Positions 51,780 through 62,942 of a stretch of DNA of 64,000 bases are shown one piece after another. The notes beneath the pieces were generated by a model that was not told where the DNA came from, made no database searches, and worked only from the letters and a program-made list of their open reading frames with translations. A program made the position numbers and the translations under genes. The stretch is taken from NCBI GenBank assembly GCA_963748465.1, contig CAVVJB010000009.1, positions 224,713 through 288,712 on the forward strand, read 5' to 3'. Within the stretch, counting starts at the first letter, position 1. Each line of letters begins with the position of its first letter. Source of the stretch: an uncultured Gammaproteobacteria bacterium. GTDB taxonomy: Bacteria; Pseudomonadota; Gammaproteobacteria; Steroidobacterales; Steroidobacteraceae.

Positions 51780-51805
51780 TAGCAGCCGATCAGGGAGAGT
51801 GCTAA
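51779..51805. promoter_or_regulatory. CIRCE-like inverted repeat (candidate HrcA operator)
   Basis: TTAGCAGCC-N9-GAGTGCTAA against the consensus TTAGCACTC-N9-GAGTGCTAA. The right arm is perfect and the left arm matches 7/9. Confidence 0.5.
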
Positions 51806-51863
51806 GGCAAAAGACTTGGCTGTCCCGGGCAACTACTGCGAATCATCCAAGGAGTGCTGAACC

Positions 51864-53817
<1,954 letters not shown>

Positions 53818-53844
53818 GGCCGCTCGGCTTTACGGTCGACACGG

Positions 53845-53875
53845 AAACCCCGCCGAATGGCGGGGTTTCTTTTTG
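53845..53875 (+). terminator. Rho-independent terminator of groESL
   Basis: 10-bp stem AAACCCCGCC/GGCGGGGTTT with GAAT loop, followed by CTTTTT. Confidence 0.8.
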
Positions 53876-54070
53876 TCGCGGCTCTCCCCTGAAATCGCGG
53901 CTGATCGTCCACTGAAGCGCCGATGTTACCCAGTCCTATCGGCAAGCCATGGGTGTGTGCACCTGACGGCGTCGGCCGGCACTGCGAGCAATCGGCATTA
54001 GCCTTCGTCTTCGAAGGCGGAGCCGCGAGACATGACGTTCGCTCGGAAACCCCGCGTCGCGGCGGACTCA

Positions 54071-54856
54071 CTATTCTCGGAGCCTGACTGCGGGTTTCTC
54101 CTCGCAACGTGACGCGAGCGGACGGCTTCCTGGTTCCCCCACCAGCGGCCGTGAGTCCGTGCGTCGCCAGGATCCTTTTTTGGCGGCCTCGTACTCCGCC
54201 TCGGACAGCACGCCGGCCTCCTTAAGGCGGAAGTGCTCGCGCATCTCGTCCCGCAAATGATCAGCTCCGGGGCGTCGGCGGGCACCGGCGATGCGCAGGT
54301 GCGCCTCGAGGCGCGGCAGGAATGATCGGAACGCGCGCAATGTTCCGGGCCTCCCCGAATGGCACAGGAACTTTGCCCGCCCGTGCGGGCTGAAGAGCGT
54401 CAGCGTTTCCGAGGTCCCGTGCACCGCCGCGTACATTGCCGCGGCCGCGACCAAAAGGAACGCGACCGTGGCGGAAAGCCATTCGTGCCGCCACCACGGC
54501 GCAGTGGACGCGCCAATGCCTCGCATGCCGAGGATTGCAAGCAACAGGAACACGGCACCTAGCGCAATCCAGCTCCACGCAAGCTTTCGGGCGAGACGGA
54601 TCGAGGAATCGACGTGGCGCAGGTCCAAGACGTAGCGCGCGCTGCGCGCGCGGGCCGTTCGCACGGAGAGGAAGAAGTAATCGATCAATGCCAGCTCCAG
54701 CGCGGGGCGCCACCTGTCGCCCGGAAGAACGATGCGCGCGTGGACCCTGCGCGAAGTTTCCAGGGTCGGAACCTCGCGCTCATCCGATTCGAGCAGGATG
54801 TGTTCGTCACGATCCACGTGAACAATCATCCCGCAAACCCTGTCGCGCTGCATCAC
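54071..54856 (-). CDS. hypothetical membrane protein with SHOCT-like C-terminal motif
   Basis: 261-aa ORF with two central TM segments and LKEAGVLSEAEYEAAKK near the C-terminus. Local GC is visibly lower than the flanks. The 3' end (last 40 codons or so) looks non-coding, so the true stop is uncertain. Confidence 0.4.
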   Translation of the reverse strand: MMQRDRVCGMIVHVDRDEHILLESDEREVPTLETSRRVHARIVLPGDRWRPALELALIDYFFLSVRTARARSARYVLDLRHVDSSIRLARKLAWSWIALGAVFLLLAILGMRGIGASTAPWWRHEWLSATVAFLLVAAAAMYAAVHGTSETLTLFSPHGRAKFLCHSGRPGTLRAFRSFLPRLEAHLRIAGARRRPGADHLRDEMREHFRLKEAGVLSEAEYEAAKKGSWRRTDSRPLVGEPGSRPLASRCEEKPAVRLRE

Positions 54857-55023
54857 GTCCCCGCGCGCGCGCCGGTTACGTCAAAACCGGTCGCGTGCTC
54901 CGTCGTTACATATTCGTGGTTGACTGCGCCGGACGCGGGGCGACTGACGCCCGCGACGTAGGTCACGTTTGAATTGAGGACTCCGTCACACCTGCGCGGG
55001 CGAACTGAGACAATAGTCGCACC

Positions 55024-55118
55024 GCGATTCAGTCAAGGGCAAAGCAGTCGAAAGGCTGCGACGCAAAGTCTCCGGTCTAACGGGCACCAGCCCCACGATA
55101 GCGGGACCGCCGGAATCT
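55024..55118 (+). promoter_or_regulatory. candidate c-di-GMP-I (GEMM) riboswitch aptamer
   Basis: In order: GGGCAAA; hairpin GCAGUC-GAAA-GGCUGC; GACGCAAAGUCUCCGGUCUAA; second hairpin; AUAGCGGGAC; closing helix GAUUC/GAAUC. This is close to the V. cholerae Vc2 aptamer as I remember it. It lies 75 nt upstream of the first operon gene. Confidence 0.7.
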
Positions 55119-55193
55119 GAGCCCACCGCGGGCCCGATCGGTTGCTTTGCCCAGGATCTTTTTACGGGGCGAGTGATGCGAGAGGGCCACGCC

Positions 55194-55727
55194 ATGCCGC
55201 TGATCATCCGACTTTTCCTCGCGGTCTCCCTGCTGCTCTGCCTTGGCATCGCGGTCGCGCGCGCCGAGGAAATGGACCGCGAGCAGATGAAGGGCCTCGA
55301 CGAGCAGGTCCAGGACATCAAGACCGACGTGCTCGGCATCGCCGCGGAATTGAACCTGCTGGAGGAAAAGCTCCTGTACCCGTCGGGTACGCAGCTCGCG
55401 GTGTTCGTCGCCCTGGCGCAAGGCGACTCGGTCCGGCTCGACGCGGTGCAGGTCCGCATCGATGGCGAGCTCGTCGCGCACTACATCTACAGCTTCAAGG
55501 AACTGGACGCGCTGCGCAAAGGCGGCGTCCAGCGCCTCTACGTCGGCAACGTCCCGACCGGCGCGCACGTGCTCGACGTGTCCGTGGGCGGGAAGCTCGA
55601 GGGCGGCGCCGACTACAGCCACACCGGGCAATTCAGTTTCGACAAGGGCGTCGGTCCCAAGCTGGTCGGCCTGACGGTGTCCGGCCCCGGCGCGGGCCGC
55701 AGCCCGATCGAGCTCGGGAACTGGTGA
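55194..55727 (+). CDS. exported protein: N-terminal coiled coil plus beta-rich domain, unknown family
   Basis: GAGAGGG 6 nt upstream of the ATG. Signal peptide MPLIIRLFLAVSLLLCLGIAVARA. First gene after the riboswitch candidate. Confidence 0.6.
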   Translation: MPLIIRLFLAVSLLLCLGIAVARAEEMDREQMKGLDEQVQDIKTDVLGIAAELNLLEEKLLYPSGTQLAVFVALAQGDSVRLDAVQVRIDGELVAHYIYSFKELDALRKGGVQRLYVGNVPTGAHVLDVSVGGKLEGGADYSHTGQFSFDKGVGPKLVGLTVSGPGAGRSPIELGNW

Positions 55728-55730
55728 GCC

Positions 55731-57611
55731 ATGGCTTGCGCTCAGCTCCGTCGTGCCGTTCTCGCCGTCGCCGCCTCGCTCGCGGCCGGCCCGGTCGCGG
55801 GCGCCGAGCTCAGGGACCTGCACTTCGGCGAGGCGCTGTTCGAGGCCAACCAGGGCGAGTTCTTCGATGCGCTCGTGCGGCTCGACACCGAGCTCGCGCA
55901 GCATTACGGGCTCGACGAACCGGCGCTCGGCTCGCTGCACTACCACATCAACGGCGCCGAGTTCTCGGTGGGCGACTTCGAGCTCAACTACCGCATGCAC
56001 AATCGTGCCGGACGTGCGATCCGCGCGGTGCTAGAGGGCAACGTCCCGGAGCCGGTGCGGAACGAAGCTGCGTTTCGCCTGGCCAGGATCCACTTCCAGA
56101 AAGACCAGATCGAAGAGGCCCTGCACGCGCTTGCCCGCATTGACGGCGAGGTGCCCGAGGGAATCCGCGACGACGTCGAGTTCCTGCGCGCCAACGTCTA
56201 CCTGGCGGGCGGCCAGCCTCACGATGCGGTCGAGGTGCTGAAGCAGCTGCCGGATTCCGGCGAACTCGCGGCGTTCGGCGCGTACAACCTCGGCATTGCG
56301 CTGCTGCAGGACGGTGACCAGGTCGACGCGATCGAGCAGCTCGACCGCGCCGGCCGGATCAAGGCACGCGAGCGCGCCGACCTCGCCATCCGCGACAAGT
56401 CGAACCTCGTGCTCGGCACGATGCTGTTCGAGGCGGCCGACTACACGCGCGCACAGCAGACGCTCGACCGCGTGCGGCTCGACGGGCCGTTCTCCAACCA
56501 GGCCCTGCTGCGCGCCGGCTGGGCCGAGGTCTCGGCCGGACGGAACGAGCGCGCCCTGGTGCCGTGGAGCATCCTCGTCGAGCGCGACCCGACGGACGTG
56601 GCGGTGCAGGAGGCGCTGCTCGCGTATCCGCATGCATTTGCCGAGCTCGAGGCGCACGGGCGCGCGGCACTGCTGTACGGCCACGCACTGGAAACCTACA
56701 GCGGCGAGATCGGCAAGGTCGACTCTTCGATTGCGGCGATCCGCGAAGGCCGATTCCTGGAGGCGTTGACGCGCGAGGAGACGCGCCAGGACCGCAGCTG
56801 GGTGGTCCGGCTCCGACAGCTTCCCGAGTCGCCCGAGACCTTCTACCTGACCGACCTGATGGCCGCACACGACTTCCAGACGGCACTGCAGAATTACCTC
56901 GACCTCGAGGATCTTCGCACGAGACTGGCGGCGTGGCGGACGAGCTTCGACGCGTTCGAGGACATCATCCGCCTGCGCGCCGCGAACTACGAACCGATCC
57001 TGCCCGGCATCGATGCCGAGTTCCGCGAGCTCGACTCGCACATGCGCGTGCGGCTCGAGCAGCGCGAGCGCATCGCGACGCGCCTGCACTCGATGCTGAC
57101 CGCGCCGCGCCCCGACTATCTCGCGACGGCCGACGAGAGGACCCTGCTGGAGCGCATCGACACCCTCGACGGCCAGCTGCGGGAAACAGGCGAGGGAGGG
57201 GCGCCGGAGCTCGATCGGCTCGCCCGCCTGCGCGGCGCACTGACCTGGCGGCTGGAGACCGAGTATCACGCGCGGCTCACGGATGCGCACGAACACCTGT
57301 TCGAGCTGGACCAGCACGTCGATGCCCTCAAGGCGAGGTATGGCTCGTTCGTACGGGCGCGGCAGGCGGCGACGCACAGCTATGTCGGCTACGACGCCGG
57401 CCTTGCGCGCCTGCGGGACCGCGTCGACGCGGCGCTCCAGCGCGTGACGATCGTCATGGCCCGCCAGGGACACGCGATCGAAATGGTCGCCATCGACCAG
57501 CTCAGGGCACGGCGCGAGCGCCTGGTCGCGCAGCAGACGCAGGCGCGTTACGCAGTCGCCGACAGCTACGACCGCGCGCGCGCATCGCAGCCCGCAGAGG
57601 CCGGGAAATGA
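55731..57611 (+). CDS. exported TPR-like plus long coiled-coil protein
   Basis: 626 aa. Signal peptide MACAQLRRAVLAVAASLAAGPVAGA. Helical-repeat N-terminal half and a heptad-rich R/E/L C-terminal half. Confidence 0.7.
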   Translation: MACAQLRRAVLAVAASLAAGPVAGAELRDLHFGEALFEANQGEFFDALVRLDTELAQHYGLDEPALGSLHYHINGAEFSVGDFELNYRMHNRAGRAIRAVLEGNVPEPVRNEAAFRLARIHFQKDQIEEALHALARIDGEVPEGIRDDVEFLRANVYLAGGQPHDAVEVLKQLPDSGELAAFGAYNLGIALLQDGDQVDAIEQLDRAGRIKARERADLAIRDKSNLVLGTMLFEAADYTRAQQTLDRVRLDGPFSNQALLRAGWAEVSAGRNERALVPWSILVERDPTDVAVQEALLAYPHAFAELEAHGRAALLYGHALETYSGEIGKVDSSIAAIREGRFLEALTREETRQDRSWVVRLRQLPESPETFYLTDLMAAHDFQTALQNYLDLEDLRTRLAAWRTSFDAFEDIIRLRAANYEPILPGIDAEFRELDSHMRVRLEQRERIATRLHSMLTAPRPDYLATADERTLLERIDTLDGQLRETGEGGAPELDRLARLRGALTWRLETEYHARLTDAHEHLFELDQHVDALKARYGSFVRARQAATHSYVGYDAGLARLRDRVDAALQRVTIVMARQGHAIEMVAIDQLRARRERLVAQQTQARYAVADSYDRARASQPAEAGK

Positions 57612-60600
57612 GCCGCCGGACCGCACTCGCGCTCGCAGTGTCGGCTGCGCTGGCGGCAGGCTGTGCCGCGAGCCCGCAGAAGAGCACGCTCGCCGAGCTG
57701 CACTCGATCAAGCCCGACGCGGCGGAAGTCCCCGTGACCGAAGGGCTCGAGCAGGCCATGCAGGGCTACCGCCGCTTCCTCGACGAGACGCCCGAGACGG
57801 AGCTGACTCCCGAGGCCATGCGCAGGCTTGCCGACCTGCAGATCGAGAAGCAGTTCGGGATCAATGGCGACGGGCGGATCGTCGAGATGGAGGCTCCGGA
57901 GCGCGCCGCGATCACCGCGAACACCGAAGGCGCGGCACTCACGGCAGCGGCTGCGGGCGGCGCGACCCCCGAGTCCGAGCAGGAGTTCGAAGCGCGCACG
58001 ACCGCGGCGACGGGCTTGCCGGCGCCTGCCGGTCCGGAGCCTGCGGACCCGTCCGCCGCGCTCGAGGCCATCGCGCTGTACGACCGGTTGCTCGCCGAGT
58101 ATCCGGCCTACGAGCACAACGACCAGGTGCTGTACCAGAAGGCGCGCGCGTACGACGAGCTGGGGCGGACCGAAGAAGCCATGGAGACGATGCAGAGCCT
58201 CATCGCCACGAATCCGCATTCGGCTCACTACGACGAGGTGCAGTACCGGCGTGGCGAGTTCTACTTCACGCGCCGGAAATTCCGCGAGGCCGAATCGGCC
58301 TACGCGGCGATCATCGGGCTCGGTCCCGACTCCTCGTACTACGAGTTCGCGCTCTACAAGCTCGGCTGGTCGCTCTACAAGCAGGATTTCTACGACGAGG
58401 CGCAGCATCGGTTCATGGCGCTGCTCGATTACAAGGTTTCCACGGGCTACGACTTCGAGCAGGAGCACGCGGAAGACGAAGAGCGGCGGGTCGCGGACAC
58501 GTTCCGGGTCATAAGCCTCGGCTTCTCCAACCTCGGCGGGCCCGACGTCGTGCGCGAGTACTTCGCGGAAAACGGGCGCCGCGACTACGAAGACCGCATC
58601 TACGCGAACCTGGGCGAGTTCTACCTCGGAAAGCTTCGTTACGACGACGCGGCCAAGACCTACCGCCTGTTCGTGGCGCAGAACCCGTATCACCGCTCGT
58701 CGCCCCATTTCAGCATGCGCGTGATCGAGGTCTTCACCGAGGGCAAGTTCCCCAAGCTCGTGCTGGAAGCCAAGAAAGAATTCGCGGCGACCTACGGACT
58801 GCAGGCGGATTACTGGCGCCACTTCGACGTAGCCGCGTCGCCCGAGGTGCTCAGCTACCTGAAGGGCAACCTCCGCGACCTCGCGGCTCACCACCACGCC
58901 CTGTACCAGAACGCGGAGCTCGCCGCCGAGAAGCCGGCGAACTACGTCGAGGCCCTGCGCTGGTACCGCGAGTTCCTGGCGTCGTTCCCGCAGGACCCGG
59001 AGTCTCCGCCCATCAACTACCAGCTCGCGGACCTCCTGCTCGAGAACGGGGCCTTCGGCGAGGCCGCGCTCGAGTACGAGCGGACCGCATACGATTACCC
59101 GGCGCACGAGAAATCCCCGGCGGCCGGCTATGCCGCGATCTATGCCCACAGGCAGGACTTGAAGGGCGCCGGCGAGGCCCGGCAGGACGACAGTTCGCGT
59201 CGCCACGGTCGCGAGCTCGCTCAGGTTCGCCGATGCATTTCCCGGGCACGAGCAGGCACCGACCGTTCTCGGCGCGGCCGCGGACGACCTGTACGGCATG
59301 AAGGATTTCCGGCCGGCAATCGCCGCCGCGCAGAAGCTGATCGACGGCTATCCGGCCGCCGAGCCCGCGCTGCGCCGCGCGGCCTTCACGGTGGTGGCGC
59401 ACTCGTCGCTCGAGCTCGGCGAGTACCCGCAGGCGGAGCAGGCCTACAGCCAGGTGCTGGTGCACACGCCGACCGACGACAAGGACCGGCAGGCGCTGGT
59501 CGACAACCTCGCGGCGACGATCTACAAGCAGGGCGAGCAGGCGAACGCCGCGCAGGACTACCGCGCGGCGGCCGACAATTTCCTGCGCGTCGGGAAGGCG
59601 GCACCGGCGTCGCAGATCCGGGCCTCGGCGGAGTACGACGCCGCCGCGGCGCTCATCCGGCTGCAGGACTGGACCGCTGCGGCCGCAGTACTCGAAGCGT
59701 TCCGGACCAACTGGCCGGACCACGAGCTGAACCGGGAGGCGACGCGGCAGCTCGCTTCCGTCTACCGCGAGAACGGCCAGCTGGCGCGCGCGGCCGGCGA
59801 ATTCGAGCGTGTCGCGACGGAATCCGCCGACCCGGCCATGCAGGGGGAGGCGCTGCTGGTCGCGGGCGAGCTCTACGAGAAGTCCGGGGCGACCGCACAG
59901 GCACTCGCTGCCTACTCACGCTACGTCGAGCAGTTCCCGCGGCCGATCGACGCCGCAATCGAGACACGCTTCAAGATCGCCGGCTTCCACCAGGCGGCGC
60001 ACGACGACACGCTCTACCTGGAGCAACTCGGGCAAATCGTCCGGCTCGACGCCGAGGCCGGGCCGGACCGCACCAGCCGCACCCGGACGCTGGCCGGGCG
60101 CTCAGCGCTCGTCCTCACGGAGCGGCTCTATCGCGACTTCGCCGCTTTCGAGCTGCGCCAGCCTTTCGAGACGAGCCTGGTGGAGAAGAAGCGGCTGATG
60201 GACGAATCCGTGGACGCCTTCGAGCGGCTGATCGACTACGAGATCGGCGAGGTGACCGCGGCCGCGACCTACTACCTCGGGGAAATCCACATCGGGTTCA
60301 GCCGCTCGCTGATGTCGTCCGAACGTCCGGCCGGGATGTCCGACGCGGAGCTTGCGGACTACGAGCTCGCGCTCGAGGAGGAGGCTTTCCCCTTCGAGGA
60401 GCAGTCCATCGCGATCCACGAGAAGAACGTGGAGCTCCTGCGCCGCGGCACGCTTAACTCGTGGACGGACAAGAGCCTGGCCCGGCTCGCGGAGCTCCTG
60501 CCCGTGCGCTATGCAAAGTCGGAGCTGTCGAGCGGCTACCTCGGCTCCATCGAGCGCTATGCCTACGTCATGCCGCCGGCTCCCCAATCCGCATCGACGC

Positions 60601-60686
60601 AGGCACCGGTGGCAGAGGATCCGCAGACGACGAGCGTCGAGCCCGAGGCGCAGGCAGTGGAGGTGTCCCTTGCGGGCGCCCTCTGA
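57608..60686 (+). pseudogene. large TPR-repeat lipoprotein (about 1025 aa), frameshifted as given
   Basis: ATGA overlap with the upstream gene. Lipobox LAAGC. TPR-like repeats throughout. The reading frame switches by +1 between 59163 and 59200 (..AGEARQDD | VRVATVASSLRFADAF..). The track shows this as ORFs 56564..60457 and 59298..60686. Confidence 0.7.
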
Positions 60687-61308
60687 CAGGCCCCGCACGG
60701 TTCGACTGGCGGCGCGCGTGGGCGCTGCGGTCCTGGCCTGCGCCTGCGCCGGCCCGGCGCTCGCTGCGAAGCGGCCGCCGAAGGTCGAGATCGTGCCCGA
60801 CGCCACGGGGTTCACGATAACGCAGGACATTCGGGTCAGCAGCGAGGTGCGCGCCGACTACGATCGGGCGCTGCAGCTCCTCGTGCGGCAGGATTCGGCG
60901 CCGGGCATCTCGATGCTCGTCAAGGTCACCGAAAACGAGCCCTCGGCCATCGCGCCGCACATCGACCTCGGCATCGCGTACGCGCGCGCGGGCGAGCTGG
61001 ATCGCGCGGAAGAAAGTCTCGGCAGGGCGCTCGCCATCAACCCGGATCATCCTGTCGCCAACAACGAGCTCGGCATCGTCCTGCGCCGCAAGGGCCGCTT
61101 CGCCGAGGCGCGCGCGGCCTATGAAAAGGCCCTCGTGATCTCGCCGGGCTTCCACTTCGCGCACCGCAACCTGGCGATCCTCTGCGATCTGTACCTGGCG
61201 GACGCCGGCTGCGCGATGGCGCACTACGAGGCGTACAGCCGCGCCGTGCCGGATGACCCGGACGCCACGAAGTGGATTGCCGACCTCAAGGCACGGTCGG
61301 GAATCTAG
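60670..61308 (+). CDS. small TPR lipoprotein (PilF/YfiO-like repeats)
   Basis: TTG start gives (M)RAPSDRPRTVRLAARVGAAVLACACAG with a possible lipobox VLAC. Contains three or four TPR units (..AYARAGELDRAEESLGRALAINPDHPVANNELGIVL..). Confidence 0.6.
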   Translation: MRAPSDRPRTVRLAARVGAAVLACACAGPALAAKRPPKVEIVPDATGFTITQDIRVSSEVRADYDRALQLLVRQDSAPGISMLVKVTENEPSAIAPHIDLGIAYARAGELDRAEESLGRALAINPDHPVANNELGIVLRRKGRFAEARAAYEKALVISPGFHFAHRNLAILCDLYLADAGCAMAHYEAYSRAVPDDPDATKWIADLKARSGI

Positions 61309-61316
61309 GAGGACGC

Positions 61317-61661
61317 ATGTTGCGCCGAACGATGTTGCTCGCATTCATGGTCGCCGGAGCCGCAAGTCGCGCGGACGAGGCCGCTGTCGACGAGGCGGCG
61401 TCGCCGGCTGCCGCGGAGACCGCACAGGTCGCAGTGGCGCAGCCGAAGCCGGAAGCGGCCGGCAGCAAGACCCTGTCCGGCATCTCGATCCTGGGGAACC
61501 AGGAGGCGCCCAAGGCGCTCGTGATCGTGCCGTGGAAGAGCTCGGAGATCGGCGACCCGCTCGGCCTCGACGAGAATCTCGATGGCTCGCGCCGCCCGGT
61601 GGACCGGGAGGTCTTCATGCGCGAGCTCGACTACTACGACATCCGGTCGGGCCCGGAGTGA
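61317..61661 (+). CDS. small exported protein, unknown family
   Basis: AGGAGG 6 nt upstream. Signal peptide MLRRTMLLAFMVAGAASRA; 114 aa. Confidence 0.55.
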   Translation: MLRRTMLLAFMVAGAASRADEAAVDEAASPAAAETAQVAVAQPKPEAAGSKTLSGISILGNQEAPKALVIVPWKSSEIGDPLGLDENLDGSRRPVDREVFMRELDYYDIRSGPE

Positions 61662-61736
61662 GGCCGGCCCGCAGGCTTTCGTTCGTCTGAGGATCGTTTC
61701 GCTACACCCAACTGCTGCTTCAAGAGGAATCGAACC

Positions 61737-62408
61737 GTGGACATCTTCTACACAATCGTCAACTTCTTCGCCCAGGGCGGTGCATTCATGTACCCGATCC
61801 TGGTCGTCGCGGCCGTCGGCGCCGCCATCGCAGCCGAGCGTTACGTGACACTGGTGCGAACGGGCGCAAGGAACCGCGCCGCCTGGGCAAAGGTCGAGCC
61901 GTTCCTGATGCGCGGCGAGTTCGACAAGGCGCGGGAAGCGACCAGCAAGGATGACACGGTCATCTCGCGGCTCCTGTCGATCGGCCTCGCGCTGCAGGGC
62001 ACGGTGCGCCGGCGCGACGACGTCGAAAAGGCGATGGAGGAGAGCATGATGGAGAGCATCCCGCTGCTCCAGAAGCGCACTCACTACCTGGCGACGTTCG
62101 CGAACCTCGCGACGCTGCTCGGCCTGCTCGGCACCGTCAGCGGCCTGATCCACGCGTTCGCGGCCGTCGCGACCGTGAACCCGGCGGAGAAGGCGAACCT
62201 GCTGTCGGCATCCATCTCCGAGGCCATGAACTGCACGGCCTTCGGCCTGGTGACCGCGGTACCGCTGCTGTTCCTGCACGCGCTGCTGCAGACCAAGACC
62301 ACGGAGCTGATCGACGGGATCGAGACCGCGTCGGTCAAGTTCCTGAATGCGCTGGCGGCCCGCGCGCACGCCCGCGCGAGCGTTCTCGAACTCGCGAAGG
62401 CGAGCTGA
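61737..62408 (+). CDS. MotA/TolQ/ExbB-family proton channel
   Basis: 223 aa, GTG start after AGAGGA. Three TM segments with the family-typical C-terminal pair (..LLGLLGTVSGLIHAF.., ..AFGLVTAVPLLFLH..). Confidence 0.85.
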   Translation: MDIFYTIVNFFAQGGAFMYPILVVAAVGAAIAAERYVTLVRTGARNRAAWAKVEPFLMRGEFDKAREATSKDDTVISRLLSIGLALQGTVRRRDDVEKAMEESMMESIPLLQKRTHYLATFANLATLLGLLGTVSGLIHAFAAVATVNPAEKANLLSASISEAMNCTAFGLVTAVPLLFLHALLQTKTTELIDGIETASVKFLNALAARAHARASVLELAKAS

Positions 62409-62417
62409 GGAAGCGAC

Positions 62418-62942
62418 ATGCGCCACAACAAAGCGCGGCGCGTGCAAAAGCCGTCGGAGCTGCTGCTCGTGCCGATGATCGACATCTTCACGGTACTGGT
62501 CACGTTCCTGCTCATGACCGCGGTGTTCTCACGCATCACGATCATGGAGCTGGAACTGCCGAGCGCCGACGGCGGGCCCGCGACGACCGAGCCCGAGTTC
62601 CGGCTGGAAGTGATCCTGCGGTCCGGCGGATTCGAGCTGACCAACGGGACGTCCGTCATCGCGACGGTCCCGAAGGCCGGCGGCGAATACGACCTCGCGG
62701 AGCTCTCGAAGCTGGCGCAGTCCCTCAAGCAGGAGCACCCGGACGTCGACGACGCGTCCATCCTGCTCGAGCCAAGGGTCGAGTACGACGACCTGATCCA
62801 GGTCATGGACACGATCCGCAGCGCCGATAAACCCGCGGCGGGCGGAGTCGCGACCGGGGCCGCCGTGAACCCGGGCGTGGACGACGCCCGCCCAGGGCGC
62901 GTCGCGCTCTTCACCGACATCGCACTGGGAGATGCCCCATGA
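62418..62942 (+). CDS. ExbD/TolR-family protein (paralogue 1)
   Basis: N-terminal TM carrying the conserved Asp (LLLVPMIDIFTVLVTFLL), followed by a periplasmic domain. Confidence 0.85.
   Translation: MRHNKARRVQKPSELLLVPMIDIFTVLVTFLLMTAVFSRITIMELELPSADGGPATTEPEFRLEVILRSGGFELTNGTSVIATVPKAGGEYDLAELSKLAQSLKQEHPDVDDASILLEPRVEYDDLIQVMDTIRSADKPAAGGVATGAAVNPGVDDARPGRVALFTDIALGDAP

Noticed and set aside
55125-55163. Intrinsic terminator as the riboswitch expression platform
   Set aside because: Only weak stems (4+2 bp or 4 bp) precede the U5 tract, so I do not call a terminator. The 10-nt anti-aptamer complement is reported, but the mechanism is left open.
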